Shown here: positions 40,990-54,570 of the stretch, piece by piece
Numbering within the stretch: position 1 is the stretch's first letter
Layout: each line of letters opens with the position of its first letter
Source: Zootoca vivipara
Taxonomy: Eukaryota
DNA length: 64,000 nucleotides
Assembly: GCF_963506605.1 (NCBI RefSeq)
Contig: NC_083280.1
Location: 35,216,001 to 35,280,000, forward strand
Reading direction: 5' to 3'
Made by a program: the position numbers and the translations under genes
The notes under the pieces: model-generated
What the model was told of the DNA's origin: nothing
Seen by the model: only the letters and a program-made list of their open reading frames with translations
Databases searched by the model: none

Positions 40990-43900
40990 AAGTAGCCCAG
41001 TGTTGCTATGCCCATTTTGCTGAAGGGAAATGGTGTATTTCCCTTCCAGTGTAGAGCACTGTTGTTAACCTGGCCATTTTTAGGAGCTTCGTTTTGGAAC
41101 ATGGAGTAGGAAGGGGGCTGTGAAGCTCACGGAAGGAGCAATGCAATTAATTCAGGGCTGGAGGAGGCGAAAGGAGCCAGGAAAACAACTGAGGGTTTCA
41201 GAGGTGGGAAGAAAGATGGCAGGTCCACCCATAGATGGCTAGCGGATCTACCCACTGAGAACCAGCAGAGAGGTAGATAAGTTTCTCAGAGGCCAGATCT
41301 ACCCAGACCTCCACACTTTAGTGTTTCCCCAAATGAGTTTTCCCCCTCACACACCTGTCATGGGCACAGCTAAACACTGTTCAAGAACACCCACTTGTTC
41401 AACATAGCAGTGTATTGCATGCAGGTTTATTCTGTGAAGCATTCTGAAAGTTTATTTTTCATTCTTGCTTGTTTACCTCCATTACATCTATGTCGATGTG
41501 GGTATTCTTCATCCGGCTGCATGAGATAAGCGTTCATTGGTTTCACAGCATGCTATTAATAAGATAATGCTTCTAACCAGTTTGGTGTGTCTACATGAAA
41601 TGCTGTCTTTTCAATACAGATATTCAACAGACTGATGGTGCTAATCAAGCCTGCCGTCAATAACTGTCAACTGTGATAGAGCTAAGGTTCTGGTTGGCTG
41701 GATAAACCTGTCAACGTGAAATTGGGGGGGGGGATGTACGCTGAATATTTGCCAAACCAATCCCTGAGAAAAACTGCAGCTAAATGTCTTGTGCTGGAGC
41801 CTTCTCGATTCTGCTTGATGCTTTCTTTTCACTCGTTTATCTCAAGCATTGAAATGGCTTATGCAAAAATATTATCCTCCTGAAGTTTTCTTTGATCATT
41901 TCATATCCCTCTCTCTGAAGGTGACCACAATCCATACTTAGGGAGCAAGCTCTTATTTTGACTTAATGGTTAATATTTCTGCCATCTCATTTAACAGATA
42001 TAATAGAGAGTTCAGATGTGGTGTTTCCCCCATGTAAATCCTTAATATAAATGTGGTCTAGAAAGCTGAAGAACATAAGAGCCGTGCTGGATCAGACCAA
42101 AGGTCCATGCTGCAGTCTACCATTTTTCTTCCCACAGTGGCCCAACAGTAAGGCATGAAGGTGACAGCCCACCCCCCACCCCAGTCTTGGCCCCCGCGGC
42201 TGACAGTGATTCCATTTAGCCATCACAACTACTGGCCGTTGACAGATCAGTCTTTGTTTGCTTGCTTCTTTGCTGGCTCGTGTCAAGCTTCAGGGAATCT
42301 GATCCTGCCCTCTCACAACTGGCTGCCAGTAATACACAAGAAGTTCTTACCAATGTATTTTAATCAATGTTCACAGAGAGAGGCTTAGAGACGTTGCCTC
42401 TTGTTAATGGCGTTGCTCCAAGTATGCTCCTCCCCCCCCTTCCCTTCTCAGTCATCAACAGCCCTCACCCCCCCTTACGGTGTCTGCTTAGGCACAATTG
42501 CCTCTGGCCTCTCTGCTCTCCTACTTTCATTGCTCATCGGGTCCTGGGAGAAGGGGGATCTGGAATGCTCTCTAGTGATAATGTGTCAGCCAGCTGCTCC
42601 TGCTCTGCTTCTCCCATTATCTCCCAGATTTGCCCATCTTCTATCTCTGAGCTGTGACCCTCTGCAAACCACCTTTGTAAATCTATACTCTCCTCCTCAG
42701 GAAGATTCAGGAAGATCCTCCTCCAATGTCCAGTCCCTGACAGCTCATGATATAGATTCTCTAGATGATGTACAATAAGTTAAATCAAAGAATTTTAAAA
42801 AAAATTATCATTAATACAGATTCACACTAAAAGTCAAAGGAGAACGATAGAGTAAAACATGGCTCTACACAACACATTTTACACATGTGAAGAGATAAAG
42901 CCACACTGGAAATCTAACCAACCATCAAAATGGACTGATCCCTCCTTCTTCCCTAATGGGAAGAGGTATTCCTTCAGGTACCAAGATACCAAGCCATAAA
43001 GGGCTTTATTGGGCCCAGAAGGAAACTGGAAGCCAGTGAAAGTGACAAAGGACCCATGTAATATGTCCATAATGCCTGTCCCCAGCCAAGACCTCTTAGT
43101 GTCATATTGTATGCTATTGTCTTAGCCTCCCCCCTCTCCCCTTTAAAGCCATCTAAATTAGTGGCCAATGCCACATGGTGGTGAATTCTGTCAATAATTC
43201 ATTTTTCTGTCTTGAATCTAGTGCCATTCAATTATAAAAGGTGACTCCAAGTTCTAATATTCAGAGGCAATTGCAGGGGAGAAGGCAACAGATCATGCTC
43301 TGTTTCAGAGCTTGTTGTGAGCATCTGACCAGCCACATATGGAAACAGAATACTAGACTAGTTAACCCTGGGCCTGGCTGAGCAGCAATTATGATATATT
43401 TTACCACAAAAACCTACATTGTCAATTATGCGCAAGATGTGATGTTCTCTGTGCTTCTTTGCGGCTTTTTTAAGCTAGAAGAGTTCAATGATCCTGAAAG
43501 TTTGTGTATTTTTGGTGACAGAATATGTTTCACAAATAATTGGCACTTTGAGTCTCTTCAGAACTGTATTTAACTGAAACGATAACCACGGAAAGTTTAT
43601 AAATGAGGTTAAACTTGCTGACCCTTCTTTTCCTCTACGGTTATTATCTGCAAGGGATTAATTTACATCAAATGTAAATTTTGGTCTCTCACCCTCAAAT
43701 ACCGAAGAACACAGGGGAGAAAATTGAGTAAATTCCCCAGTCAAGACCATCTCCATAAGATGACCTATTGCATTATGCAACAAAACATCAAGGGGAAAAT
43801 GTGTTCATAGCAAACACCCATGTGTAGTTCACCCCACTTCAGCTGAAGGGAAGCCTGTTATTTTGGCCCAGAGCTAATGAGATCATCTGGATGAAGTCAA

Positions 43901-44537
43901 CAGCCATAGCATTTTAAATTATTACTAATATTTTCCCTTCTTAATTGCAGCTCCTAGCTGTGGAGTGATATTTAGCAGATGTCTCCAGTGCTCTGCTCCA
44001 ACTGCAATCACTTCTAAGAACTCAGAGTGGCAGGGATACCTGGCCTTTGAAGCTAGTAGCAGGCAATTCTGTGTAGCCACAGAAGCCACTCTTGCATTCC
44101 TGGCATCCCGCAAATGCTCGTTAAATTTAATGGACTTTCTGAGTGGCCAAGTGTACTCTAGATTAGGGTCATTGCCTTTCCTTGTGAAGAACAGAATTTT
44201 GAGCCTTAACTAGGGATTGCAGCAATGCTGGGAGTTTGTTTATATTGCAATCTTTAATTGCTTCCTTGGTTACAATGAAATTTACATTACAGGGACTAGA
44301 AACTTTATGTTTTACGAGGACTCCCAAGTTGTGTGTCAGGTTTTGCCGTAATGCCTACTGGTTTGCAGTATATGTTTGTGCAAGGTACACCATTCAAGCT
44401 TTACAAATCTAAAATCCAAAACTTTGGGTAACCTGTGTTATAAAGAGAAAAGCAGATGTTTCAAGCACACCCTTAGACTGTTTGCTTTCTTCTGGGCCCA
44501 TTCATTTTAGGATGTTCTGCAATACAAACAGAAACTC

Positions 44538-44540
<3 letters not shown>

Positions 44541-44580
<40 letters not shown>
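44541..44580. repeat. (GT)20 microsatellite
   Basis: Direct reading. Confidence 0.95.
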
Positions 44581-44583
<3 letters not shown>

Positions 44584-45485
44584 CATGCATGCCTACTTTG
44601 GCATATTATCTGCCTCTTGGTTGTGGCTTCCAATTATTTGCTCCAAAAGAAATAAACTGGCGTTTTTATCACACAACAGTTATCTCTGTTGGTTTGCTTT
44701 CTTTTCTTTGCTCGCCTCCCCGCCCGCCGGCAATAGGATTTTATTGTTCCTCATGAAAATCACCATCCTTTGCTCTGGCAGTTGTATATCAGTGGAAACA
44801 TAAAAAAAAACCAGGCAGGCTGTCTTGCAATGCCACCTCAAAGAAGATATAATATTCAGCATAGGTATACAATGAAACTGCTTTCAGTTATGTCGAACGA
44901 GAGGAAAATACGGCATTGTAAATGATGCATAAGTTCTGTATTTTGCTTTCCCGAAGACAACTGACCCCATTCTTTTGTATTTGTAGTTTTATTTGTGCAG
45001 CTAACAACTGCAGTAACAGCGGATAGCAGAGGCCCTGTATTGCAAAGGCAGAGAACCTTTTTTCAGTTTGAGGGCCACATTTTCTTACTGGTAACCATTT
45101 GATGGGCCAGAATGGAGAGCAGGGAATGCAGCCTTGTACATTAGGCTGTAATCCACCCACGCGAAAGTCAGAGGTTCTCTCTGCAAACATACACATTTTC
45201 CCATCTCCCATCCAAGCAAGTGGGCAGCATTATTCAGCAACACATTCCAGCCACACAAAAGCACTCAGAGAAGAGTGTGGCCTGGGGAGAGTCACAGGAG
45301 TCTGGTAGAGAGGGCTGAACAACATTATTTGGGCCCTCGACCTGAGGTTCCCCACTCCTGCTGTATTGGAAGAGGTGACATCAGAAGAGAGCAGGGAGAG
45401 AAGTTCAAAATCATTGGTTGTCAAAGGGTGGGATATTCCTGTTGCTGGAGATGCTGTACTAAATTGAAATCAGTTTGGGCAGAGC

Positions 45486-45632
45486 CAGTGCTTTTTTCCT
45501 GGGGGGACAGGGGTACACATACCCCTAAACATTTTGTGAATCTAAGTTTGGCCTCATTGAGGGGCAGTATTTCAATATGAGTAGGGAAATGAGAGTACCC
45601 CCCTAAACATTTTTTTAAGGAAAAAAGCACTG
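45486..45632. mobile_element. hAT-type MITE
   Basis: Perfect 15-bp TIR CAGTGCTTTTTTCCT; perfect TSD GGCAGAGC. Confidence 0.9.
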
Positions 45633-46935
45633 GGCAGAGCTAAATATGCGGCATTTCTAGTTACCAGGGCTTCATTCATTAGCAGTGGAGTCTCGTGTGT
45701 GTCTACTCACAACTAAGCCCCATTGAGTTCAATGGGACTTACTCCCAAGTCAGTGTGCGATAAATGCATCATTATTTTTTTACCTTTATTTATTAGGCAA
45801 GCTTCTCTTTTTTATCTTTAGTCCACGGTTTGCTTCATCCTCAGCTTTGTCCCTGTTTTGTTTTTTGTTTTTCGTCATCCCTGTTGTAGATTTTCTTCCC
45901 ATCTTAATATATGTATACCTTTTAAGTTAATGTTACTTTCCCCTTTCCCCTCCCACAAAATAATGTTGGCATTTAAGCTATGCTGCGGTTTGGGGGGTGT
46001 AAAAATTGTGTGATTTTTTTTTAATACACAAAATTGTTTATTAAAAAAAAAGTTAGAGAAACAAAGCTTTGGGATCGTTTTCAGGGGAGCCCAAAGAATA
46101 GGACTTGATTTTCTTTGTGAGAAAGTTATCAATCTAGAGCCATCGTTGCAGCTCACACAACATTTGTTTAAAAGGGAAGTGTGATTATGGTTTTTTTTAA
46201 GTCAGCTGCTCTTCTTTTCGTGATTTTAAAGAAACACCACAGTTGCTGTAATCTGGCAAATGAAAAGAATAAGCAGAGCCCTCTGTTCCCGTTAATGAAG
46301 AATGAACCATTTTGACTCTGATTTTTTTATACTTTGGGGAAATCTAATATTCTCCCTAGAACTGGGGGAAGTCATGGCTAATATTTAACAAAAGAAATTA
46401 TAACCCATATATTAATGTTTGCTAAAGCTGCCATATTCAGAGTGATATTCCCTTTTATTACTTGAACACTTTTGCTTGACATTAATGTTTAGAAATGTGA
46501 AGGGGCTATCTGCTCCCGGATTATCTGGATGGGAGTTTGAGCTAGTAAGAATAAGCAAAAGGTTGACAGCCCCTAAGCAAGCAGTGAACTTTGCCCCTTG
46601 AGCCAAGGGAACGGGGAATGTAGACTTTGCACATTCTGGTGCAGACTGACCCCATCAGCACCTAATGCGCTAATGTGATCATCGGAACGTAGAAAAGGAA
46701 AAGCATTCAAATGCCTTTTAAAATGTGCATTTAGAGGGGAAATGTAGTAAAAAAAAAGTACATTAATGTGATTGTTTATTTACATTTTTAATTTAAAAAT
46801 ATTAATCAGGAAATAGGATGGAGCAGAGTGAATACATATAGAAATGGCACAACAGAAACTGACCAATTCATCTATCCCTAGTTTTTATTTGCCTTTAGCA
46901 GTGGGAGCTCTCATTCATTCCAGTCCATATTTATG

Positions 46936-47025
46936 TACAGGTAGGTAGCCGTGTTGGTCTGCCGTAGTCGAAACAAAATTAAAAAATTCCTTCCAGTAGC
47001 ACCTTAGAGACCAACTAAGTTTGTT
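46936..47025 (-). mobile_element. Penelope-like 3'-terminal fragment, related subfamily, no hammerhead
   Basis: Reverse complement reads ..AACTTAGTTGGTCTCTAAGGTGCTACTGGAAGGAATT..CAGACCAACACGGCTACCTACCTGTA, matching the 3' end of the other copies. Confidence 0.85.
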
Positions 47026-47955
47026 TTTCAGTAATTCCAGTTGAGAGTGGTAAATGGTTTGTTTTTCCTTGTGGAGCTCTTGCCAAGCAGGGTGATTTCT
47101 GATAGAGTTGTCCAGTACAGAGAGTTCCTCCTTTATTAGCTTCGGTTTAGAGTACAGAACGCCGATCAGATGTTTGAGCAGCTTCTTGGAGAAAGTGCTT
47201 TTATTTAAATATTTATGTATTTATTATATTTATATCTTGCTCTTCCCATATGTTGTTAAAAATCATTAACTAGTACAGAAGCAAGCCTTGGGACTGTCCT
47301 GTTTTTAATTTTAGAGACAAAAAATGCCGGCAACTAGCAGTAGCAGCATCCAAAGCAGGCTTATTAATCATGCATTCTACTGCATGAATAAATATCAATT
47401 GACTACCTCAACCAGTTTTTTGGCAGAAAAGAATTCATTAGGACCCCAGATCTGCATTATGAATTCTACAGGCATGACAGTTTGAGGGTTCTCTAATTTC
47501 CACTTCCATTCTAAGAGGCATAATCTTTCATTTCTCTCATTTGTCTGCTACAGCCACATTTGAAAATAATTAGTATTGGTCATGATGTCAGGATAATGCA
47601 TCATTTGGAGATTGTTTGGTGCTGTTGGAAAAGTGCACATTTCATGGTTATTACCTTGTTTTGAGGGCTCCTTGTTTTGGATATGTAAAAGCAATTTCAG
47701 CTAGTGATACCAAAGGTGATAAAAATGTAATAACAGTAGTGCAGCATCTACTGTAATTTAAGAGCCTGTTCCACCAGGTTGCACTTTTCTTTAATTTTCT
47801 CACAAAGCTGTCAACCAAAACAGTCTCTTTGATCAGACGAGAGCCCATCAACTTGCTGAATATCACTATAAACATGCTTGCATTTTCCTCGAGATGGATG
47901 CCATATGACATTTTATTCTCCTTGTGATAACTTGCCAAGGCCGAAGCTCAAACTC

Positions 47956-48049
47956 ATGCAGTCTGATCCTATGCATGCTTACTTGGAAGTAATTCCCCAT
48001 TGTATTCAGTGGGCCTTCTCCCAAGTAAGTGTGCATAGACTGCAGCCTT
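47956..48049. mobile_element. Short palindromic MITE (relatives at ~31825-31910 and ~45690-45760)
   Basis: CTATGCATGCTTACTTGG..CCCATTG..TTCAGTGGG..CCAAGTAAGTGTGCATAG hairpin. Confidence 0.65.
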
Positions 48050-48342
48050 AGCGACCTACACACTTTAGTCTTAAATGCACTTAACTTGAAAATAAGCCAC
48101 AATGAAATCATTTCATTGTGCTTCCCAGGAAATAAGTTTGGGAATAACATATTCACAAGCTATATACTCCATAAATGTCCTGCTAAAACTCATTGTTGTG
48201 GTAGCTGTGATTATATAGTCCAGGGTAGGGCAGATTTTAAACGAGTGAGATCTACTTTGTTTTTAGCTAGAAATCGAAGATCCCATAAAAGGAACTAGGT
48301 GTGAAACGTATATATTTGGATTGAAATAATTAATTAGAGAAT

Positions 48343-48635
48343 TCATAGAATCAATAATGTTGGAAGGGACCCTGAGTATCATCTAGTCCTGGCATCCTCA
48401 AACTTCGGCCCTCCAGATGTTTTGGACTACAATTCCCATCTTCCCCAACCACTGGTCCTGTTAGCTAGGGATCATGGGAGTTGTAGGCCAAAACATCTGG
48501 AGGGCCGCAGTTTGGGGATGCCTGATCTAGTCCATCCCCCTGCAATGTAGGAAAATGTAGCTATTCCTTACGGGGATCAAACCTGCAACCTTGGTGTTAT
48601 CAGCACCATGTTCTAACCAACTGAGCTATCCAGCT
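48343..48635 (-). mobile_element. tRNA-Ile-derived SINE with CR1-like tail (POM-like), interrupted by a MITE
   Basis: Minus strand TAGCTCAGTTGGTTAGAACATGGTGCTGATAACACCAAGGTTGCAGGTTTGATCCCCGTA resembles tRNA-Ile; CR1-type ..CCCTTCCAAC..ATTCTATG tail. Confidence 0.8.
48389..48524. mobile_element. hAT MITE nested in a SINE
   Basis: Same family; perfect TSD ATCTAGTC. Confidence 0.9.
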
Positions 48636-48930
48636 CAGAAATTTGTTTCAAGTACTAGAACTGAGTCCACAGACCTTCCACCCTGTTTCAGTGGTGCAAT
48701 TTAAGAAGGGCATTTTGTTGCCATTGCTACTCAATTAGCAGAAAGAAACCCTTTCCAATCTATTGCAAATCACCCAGATATCTAACTTCTGACCACAGAT
48801 AGTTATGTGACTTTTGAAAGAAATATTTGAAGATGCTAACAGGCCTGAGCATTTTGCAATTCATATGAGGATGCTAAGACCAGAAAAGGTGACAGATTTC
48901 AAGTTCTCAAATATTTGTGCCCTTATATGT

Positions 48931-49272
48931 TTAAACCACTGCGCCGCTTGGACTTGCCGATCGGAAGGTCGGCTGTTCGAGGCCCTGTGACGGGGTGAGC
49001 TTCCGTTGCTCGGTCCCAGCTCCTGCCACCTAGCATTTCGAAAGCACGCAGTGCAAGTAGATAAACAGGCAGGAAGGTAAACAGCGTTTCCGTGCGCTGC
49101 TCTGGTTTCGCCAGAAGCGGCTTAGTTATGCTGGCCACATGACTCAGAAAAACAGTCTGCGGAAGCGGACAAACGCTGGCCCCCACAACCTGTAAAGTGA
49201 GATGAGCGTCGCAACCCCAGAGTCATTCGTGACTGGACTTAACTGTCAGGGGTACCTTTACCTTTACCTTTT
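48931..49272 (+). mobile_element. Sauria SINE, slightly 5'-truncated
   Basis: Homologous to 23508-23864; (ACCTTT)3 tail. Confidence 0.9.
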
Positions 49273-50320
49273 ATGCACCACGAGGCTTTGCTGCTCTCCT
49301 CAACTTCTTCATGTCCTGGCCCATTAGTTTGGCCCAGTCTCTCTTGTGTTACTGAAGTGAACATAGGAAATTCCCTTATACTGACTTGGTCACTATCGTC
49401 TGCACTGACTAAAATAGACTGTCTAGGATCTCAGGCATGAGTCTTTCCCAGTCCTACTTGGTGATGCTAGGGGTCGCACCTGGAATGTTCTGCCTGCAAG
49501 AGAGGGAGGTACTCTACCACTCAGGCACGCCAGCTGGGGAGGCTGAGGCTCCCCAGCTGCCCCCCACCCCCAGTTCTTAAGGAGGAGGCCGGGGCCCCTC
49601 AATACTGAGCAGTGACGTGGCACACATTATGTCATGTGCGATGTGGCACATGTCATCAGACATTGGCCCCCTCAATAGGCAACTATTGTGAACTACGAGC
49701 CCATCACAAATCAGGAAGTGCTCACACAGGCCTTCGCTATCTCAGTTTTCAGTTGGGACAAAGTGTCCCGACATGAAAATTATGTGTCGTGTCCAAACCT
49801 CAGAGGCAAAACTAGGATGTGGTGTTTTGTTTCCTTCTAAACCACTTCAGCCAGTGAATGTTTGAGTTGGCTCAAGGCGTCTGTAATTAGTCTCTGCTTG
49901 CTTGTATTCCAAACAAAATTGGGTTCTCTCTTCAAACCCCACAGGGCCAGTCTGTTTGACTAGCATAATGATCCATCACTCCTTATGTATACGAACACCT
50001 CAGTTGTCAGCTAAGTGCACATATGTTGCATAAGGAATAGAGATCATAAGTCACGGTGACCTTTCTTCTCTAGGAACACAAGGTTTAGTGATCCTAGTCA
50101 CAGTTGCGCCTTCTTAGTTTAACTATTAGGCAATGAAAGAAGTATTGTTTGAGCATTTGAATGTTATTCCAAGAAAGTCTTTTAATTTTGGCATGCAAAA
50201 GATAAATCAGGTCTTCTTTTGAGTGACAACTATTCTTCCTGTTAACTCTGGCAGAGCACACTTGATTGCTGCCATCCAGCATGGGCTGTGTTTATGCAGG
50301 AAAAGACTTCTGTGCATGTA

Positions 50321-50492
50321 CCGTATATAAGACGACTGGGCGTATAAGACGACCCCCAACTTTTCCAGTAAAAATATAGAGTTTGGGATATACTCGCCGT
50401 ATTAATAAAACGACTCGGCGTATAAGACAACTCCTGACTTTTGAAAAGATTTTCCTGGGTTAAAAAGTAGTCTTATACGCAGGAATATACTG
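50321..50492. mobile_element. Tc1/mariner (Tc2/pogo-like) MITE
   Basis: TA-CCGTATAT ... ATATACTG-TA with GCGTATAAGAC repeats. Confidence 0.75.
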
Positions 50493-52408
50493 TATGTCTC
50501 TGACTGAATTGGCAGCTAGATCTTCATCAGGTAGATGTACATCGGCATCTCGAGTAACATCTCTGGTTATGGGTGTACATGTGTTTCTGTACTGCGACAA
50601 AGACTAGAATGAGCAATGCTCATCTCTTGGGTTGCACTGAACACTACATTGTTGATTTATTAGTAGTATTTTAACCCACCTACTAGCCCCAAAGGAGCAC
50701 TCAAGGCAGCTTATAAATTACATAAAGAACAATAATGTTAGCATAAAACACATATCGATAAATAAAATACATAAAACTAGACCAACAGACCTACTAAAAG
50801 ATCGCAATAGGATTGAAACAGCCTTCAGAGAAGAGCTTCAAATGCCTTCTGAAATATTCATTCATTCATTCAGCTAAAATAGTGTTCATGTTGACAGCTA
50901 ATCAAATGAAACGTTGACACCAACTACATAAAAACAATGAGAATACTTCCTTGGTGGGCCTCTTTAGGCAAGGGATTCTGCAATGAGGCTGCTGCTACTT
51001 CCAATCCCCTGTTTCTTGTCATCATATTCAAGTTATGACTTCAACATACCAGGAGATTCATATGGGATAATATGATCCCTGAAGTACCCTTGAGTTGGTC
51101 AGTTTCAGCAGGACTAGGCTGTATGTGAATTCTAGAACTGGGATACTAGGATCTCAGTTCCAATTTGGATACAGTACTTTTATATTCTTTCTATTGTTAT
51201 AGTCCAGAGATTTATCATCCCTAGAGGCTGTGGAGGGGTAAAATCTTTTGGTTATCCATCATTTACATGTTTATTCTTCACTATCTGCTGCAGATGTTCC
51301 TCTTCATCCTTAACACATATCCAACGTATTCCCACCTTACTTTATGATTGACTTTTAAGATTAGGAACTGCTGAGGTTTTTTCTCAGCATTTGTGGAAAA
51401 ATTAATTCCGTGTGATCCCTAGATCCTGAGGCATTTGCTTTTGAATGTAGTTAGGTGAGCTTCTGTAACCTTGGCACAGTTTCCTCTATATTAAACTTTT
51501 GATGAAGTCTTTCCTTTGACTTTATATATTTAATAATTGGCTGCGCTTAAGATAACATCTTGACTGTCCTTAGTACTTTGACAGTATCTCTAGTTGATGA
51601 GAGAACCACATGCTTTGTGTAATCTTGAGTAAGAAAAGTTTTCTGATACCAGATATCTCTCTAAACAATTGTCTTTATATAGGAGATGCCGAGCTTTATT
51701 ATGCAGTATACTACAAAATCCTAAGACTGCAATACCAAATTCTATTGGAAATGTCTTTATTTGTTCTGAAATTATTTACCCGTGTTTTTAAATGTATTAA
51801 TTGACTAGCAAAAGGTCCATCATAATGAATGAACAAAGGGCAGGTATATGGAAACACCTAAGGGAATTCGACATGTTTCTATAAACTCTGCATACATAGG
51901 CAGATTAAAATCCAGTTGATTCCTTCTCAGTGAAGGTCACACACCCCTCAGGAGGACAGGTGTTATTCTCCTTTCCACAACTGTCTTCCTCTTTCCTGGC
52001 TCATAGCTCAGGGAGGTTAGAGGTCCAAAACTAGAAACACATATGTGTGACTGCAGAACACCAGTAACAGGTAAGGAAACTGGGTTTTTGTCCAAACCAT
52101 TATAGAATCCTTATTGGCACACAGTGTCATGTTTCCTAAGCAATTTGGGGATAAAATTGCTCATAGATGCTGTGACCTAGACACTGCTAGATGTTTGTGC
52201 CTCTGTCCTGGCTATGGGATGGTTTTCAGTTGTTGAAACCTGAGGGTATGGACAAGTTCTTTGGACAAGTGTGGCCTACACAGGCAGCAGATTCCTATGG
52301 GGCAGGAATCTTATCGTATGTAAGATTTGGGGGGAGGGTGTATTCAGGTGATACTTCAACCTTGTGGAATTCCTGCATGAAATGACTCAATCCACACCAC
52401 TCAATCTA

Positions 52409-52692
52409 CAGTGGTACCTCGACTTACAAACGACTTGACAACTGAATTTTTCGACTTACGAATGGGGCAAATGGCCGCACGCTTACGAATTTCTCAACAT
52501 CTGAACGGAAACCGCGGTGGTTTTTTCGACTTACAGATTTTTAGATGGGGTTGCTTTGACTTACGAATTTTTTCGTTTCCAATGCATTCCTATGAGAAAT
52601 CGCATTTCCAATGGCGCTTTTCGACTTATGAATTTTTCGACCTACGAAGGTGCCTTCGGAACGGATTAAATTCGTAACTCGAGGCACCACTG
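52409..52692. mobile_element. Tc1/mariner (Tigger/pogo-like) MITE
   Basis: TA-CAGTGGTACCTCGACTTAC ... GTAACTCGAGGCACCACTG-TA; internal TTCGACTTACGAA repeats. Confidence 0.88.
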
Positions 52693-53223
52693 TAATGTAT
52701 ATATTGGAGCTTACTTATCAGTCAGAGTTGGAATATCTTTTGCAACACAGTTCTCATTAGTTTAATATCCAAGTATGCATTTAAAGTTGTCTTTTAACAG
52801 AACATGTATTTTTAAAATTTTCTGAAGATATTTTAGAATTGCAGATTAATGCATAAATGGAATGGAATTATGGGTGAAGATATGCAAAAGTGAGAGGAAC
52901 TAGAAATAAATAGATTTGCTCATCCCCATGGTGGGGTCTAAAATTGTGGCTTGTTCTCTCTTCCCCACATTCTCACATACATTGACATAGATTTGCTAAA
53001 TTCATTCTTGCCACTGAGACTGCATTATAGCTAAAGATAGCAATTACAAGTTACGTATAATCGCATGGGGAGTGTCTAAAATTCTGTATTGCATTCTCCC
53101 AGGTATTTGCTCCTGGTACGTCCAATATTTAAGAGGAAGAGCCTTCTCTTCTTTCATCTCAGAGATAATTCCCATCAAAATTCCTTCAGTAGCACCTTAA
53201 AGACCAACTAAGTTTTTATTTTG

Positions 53224-53261
53224 GTATGAGCTTTCGTGTGCATGCACACTTCTTCAGATAC
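53224..53261 (-). ncRNA. Minimal type I hammerhead ribozyme, second copy
   Basis: Exact reverse complement of 55118-55155. Confidence 0.85.
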
Positions 53262-53448
53262 AGTGAAATGGAAGTTTCCAGGCACTTATGTAGAGAAGGG
53301 GTGGGGAGGGGTGGGGATGGGGAGGGGGGATCACTCAGAAGGGTGGTGGAAATGGGTGATTGACTGACTGATAGCTGTTGATGACCGCAAACGACTGCAA
53401 ATGGTTTTGCATGAAAAAGCAAGGGTTGAGATGGCTGAAGATCGCTTA

Positions 53449-54551
53449 TCATGTATAATGAGATAAAAATCCGATATCTCTGTTCAAACCAGGTCCCTCC
53501 ATGGTTTTGAGCTTGGTGATAAGTTGCAATTCAGCAACTTCTCTTTCCAGTCTATTTCTGAAATTCTTTTGTAGTAAGACAGCTACTTTGAGATCTTGTA
53601 TAGAATGTCCTGGGAGATTGAAGTGTTCTCCTACTGGTTTTTCTGTCTTCTGGTTCCTGATGTCAGATTTATGTCCATTTATCCTTTGGCGTAGGGTTTG
53701 GCCTGTTTGTCCAATATAGAGAGCTGAAGGGCACTGTTGGCATTTGATGGCATACACAATGTTAGAAGATGAGCAATTAAATAGTCCTGAGATGGTATGT
53801 TGGATGTTGTTGGGGCCAGTAATGGTGTTGTCTGGGTGTATGTGGCAGCAAAGTTGGCATCTGGGTTTATTGCAGGCTCTGGTACCAGTGTCCATGTTAA
53901 GTCTGGTGGTTGTATTATTGTGGGTGAGGAGTTGTTTAAGATTGGGTGGCTGTCTGTAGGCAATGAAAGGTCTTCCTCCCAGAGCTTGAGAAAGGGAGCT
54001 GTCATTGTCCAGGAGAGGCTGTAGATCTCTGATGATGCGTTGTACTGTTTTAGCTTGGGAGCTGTATGTGATGACTAGTGGTGTTCTGTTATTTTCTTTT
54101 TTGGGTCTGTCTTGCAGCAGGTTCTCTCTAGGTATCTGTCTGGCTCTGTTGATCTGTTGTTTAACTTCATCAGGTGGATATTTTAGTTCTAAAAAGGTTT
54201 GCTGTAGATCTCTTAGGTGAGATTCTCTGTCTGTAGAGTTGGAACAGATGCGGTTGTAACGTAAGGCCTGGCTGTATACGATGGATTGTTTGGTATGTTT
54301 GGGATGGTAGCTAGAAGCATGTAGATATGTTTGTCGGTCAGTTGGTTTTCTGTATAAGGTGGTGTCTATATGTCCATCCTGTATTTTTATAGTAGTGTCC
54401 AAAAAATGTATTTCTTGCATAGATTGGTTCATTGTTAGGTTGATGGTGGGGTGAAAGTCATTGAATGTCTGGTGGAAGGTTTCCAGGGTCTGTTGTCCAT
54501 GTGTCCAGATAATAAAAATATCGTCAATGTATCGCAGGTACAGGAGAGGTT
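53449..54551 (-). pseudogene. PLE ORF, C-terminal part: RT YIDD motif, thumb, Cys-rich linker, GIY-YIG endonuclease
   Basis: YLRYIDDIF, HFLDTTI, LYRKPT, CNKPRCQLCCH linker, IVYAIKC..LYIGQT..R..H, terminal GLNRD. Uninterrupted frame of ~367 codons. The first ~18 aa of the called ORF come from junction and opposite-arm sequence. Confidence 0.95.
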
Positions 54552-54570
54552 GTAGTACCTGTAGTACACC

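Noticed and set aside
48565-48635. tRNA-Ile gene
   Set aside because: Mutated B box and stems, and joined to a CR1-like tail: a SINE head rather than a functional tRNA.
52419-52650. CRISPR-like repeated TTCGACTTACGAA units
   Set aside because: Irregular subterminal repeats within a TA-flanked MITE in a eukaryotic genome.
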